A stretch of DNA of 61,367 nt, counting the filler, from an uncultured Thermoplasmatales archaeon (lineage in GTDB: Archaea > Thermoplasmatota > E2 > DHVEG-1): NCBI GenBank assembly GCA_964517155.1. It is 5 parts of 5 records of this genome, joined end to end, with 100 filler letters (N's around TTAATTAATTAA, not from the genome) between each part and the next. Parts side by side here need not be neighbours in the genome. Positions count along the whole stretch, not along the records: positions 48,909 to 61,367 come from CAZFAZ010000061.1; 4 more parts are not named here. The stretch is one strand, 5' to 3'. This document shows positions 60,780 to 61,367 of the stretch, in pieces. A program made the position numbers and the translations under genes. The notes under the pieces are model-generated. The model made no database searches. It saw nothing but the letters and a program-made list of their open reading frames with translations, and was not told where the DNA came from. Numbering within the stretch: the first letter of the stretch is position 1; every line of letters starts with the position of its first letter.

Positions 60780-61367
60780 CTATCGTCTCCGTTTTTTGAA
60801 AAACAAAAATATACTTAGAGAAACTAATAGTATAATTGTTTCAAAACCTGGGGTGTCATTTAGATTACCCTCCTCCTTAGTAGAATCCTCTAACAGGTAC
60901 GCGCGAATTCCACCTCTATCACATGCTGCATATACGTATGTTCCATCGCCCCAAACCTCATAATATTGAATATCTAGATGGGGTGCTTTATCAGATTTAT
61001 CATAACGAGTATCGATCAAAGTAAACGTATTTCCATCAAAGGAATATGCACGAATACCATCTTCACCACATGCTGTATAGATATATGTTCCATCACCCCA
61101 GACATCTTGATATTCTCCGCCTTGGTGATGAGTGTCTATTAATGTGAAGGTATTTCCATCAAAGGAATATGCACGAACACCATCTTCGAGACATGCAGCA
61201 TAAATATAATTACCATCGCCCCACACATTCCAATAAGCTCCGCCTTGGTGGTGGGTGTCTATTAATGTAAATGTGTTTCCATCAAAGGAATATGCATGGA
61301 TTCCTTCGGTACCACCTGCAGTATAGATATATGTTCCATCACCCCAGACATCTGCGCTTCCAATGTA
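60780..61367 (-). CDS. Beta-propeller (LVIVD-like) repeat surface protein with PGF-CTERM (5' end outside window)
   Basis: 41-aa (123-bp) repeats VWGDGTYIYTA...GIRAYSFDGNTFTLIDT; tail TPGFE-TM-KKRRR. Confidence 0.88.
   Translation of the reverse strand, partial: YIGSADVWGDGTYIYTAGGTEGIHAYSFDGNTFTLIDTHHQGGAYWNVWGDGNYIYAACLEDGVRAYSFDGNTFTLIDTHHQGGEYQDVWGDGTYIYTACGEDGIRAYSFDGNTFTLIDTRYDKSDKAPHLDIQYYEVWGDGTYVYAACDRGGIRAYLLEDSTKEEGNLNDTPGFETIILLVSLSIFLFFKKRRR

Overview
AT-rich archaeal sequence. Sm-rpl37e, PUA-SepF, FEN-1, Nep1, PurP, a C25 peptidase and a PGF-CTERM protein suggest Thermoplasmatota, possibly MBG-D/DHVEG-1-like (inference). The window is five contigs joined by 100-bp N-TTAATTAATTAA-N spacers, so adjacency across spacers is uninformative. 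Ordinary content: housekeeping genes, tRNA-Arg(TCG), tRNA-Gly(CCC), a type IV pilus-like locus, a REC/PAS signalling cluster, lysine catabolism genes and five toxin-antitoxin pairs. The ORF track misses a surface protein of at least 2288 aa (1-6866), rpl37e and several fragments. Most unusual: (1) a ~0.5-kb element of iterated 18-bp ATG(A/C)CNCRNNNNYTGAAY motifs present as two homologous copies (7.3-7.8 kb and 60.0-60.5 kb); (2) three direct 18-bp TGGGTGTAGGYCGTAAGC sites bracketing TA modules like cassettes beside the first copy; (3) a Cas4-like nuclease split into two membrane-anchored halves near the second copy; (4) an uncharacterised enzyme cluster at 35.7-43.0 kb (amidotransferase-like, UbiA, NAS-like, sulfotransferase, AMP-ligase, radical SAM). 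All calls are by eye; no searches were run.
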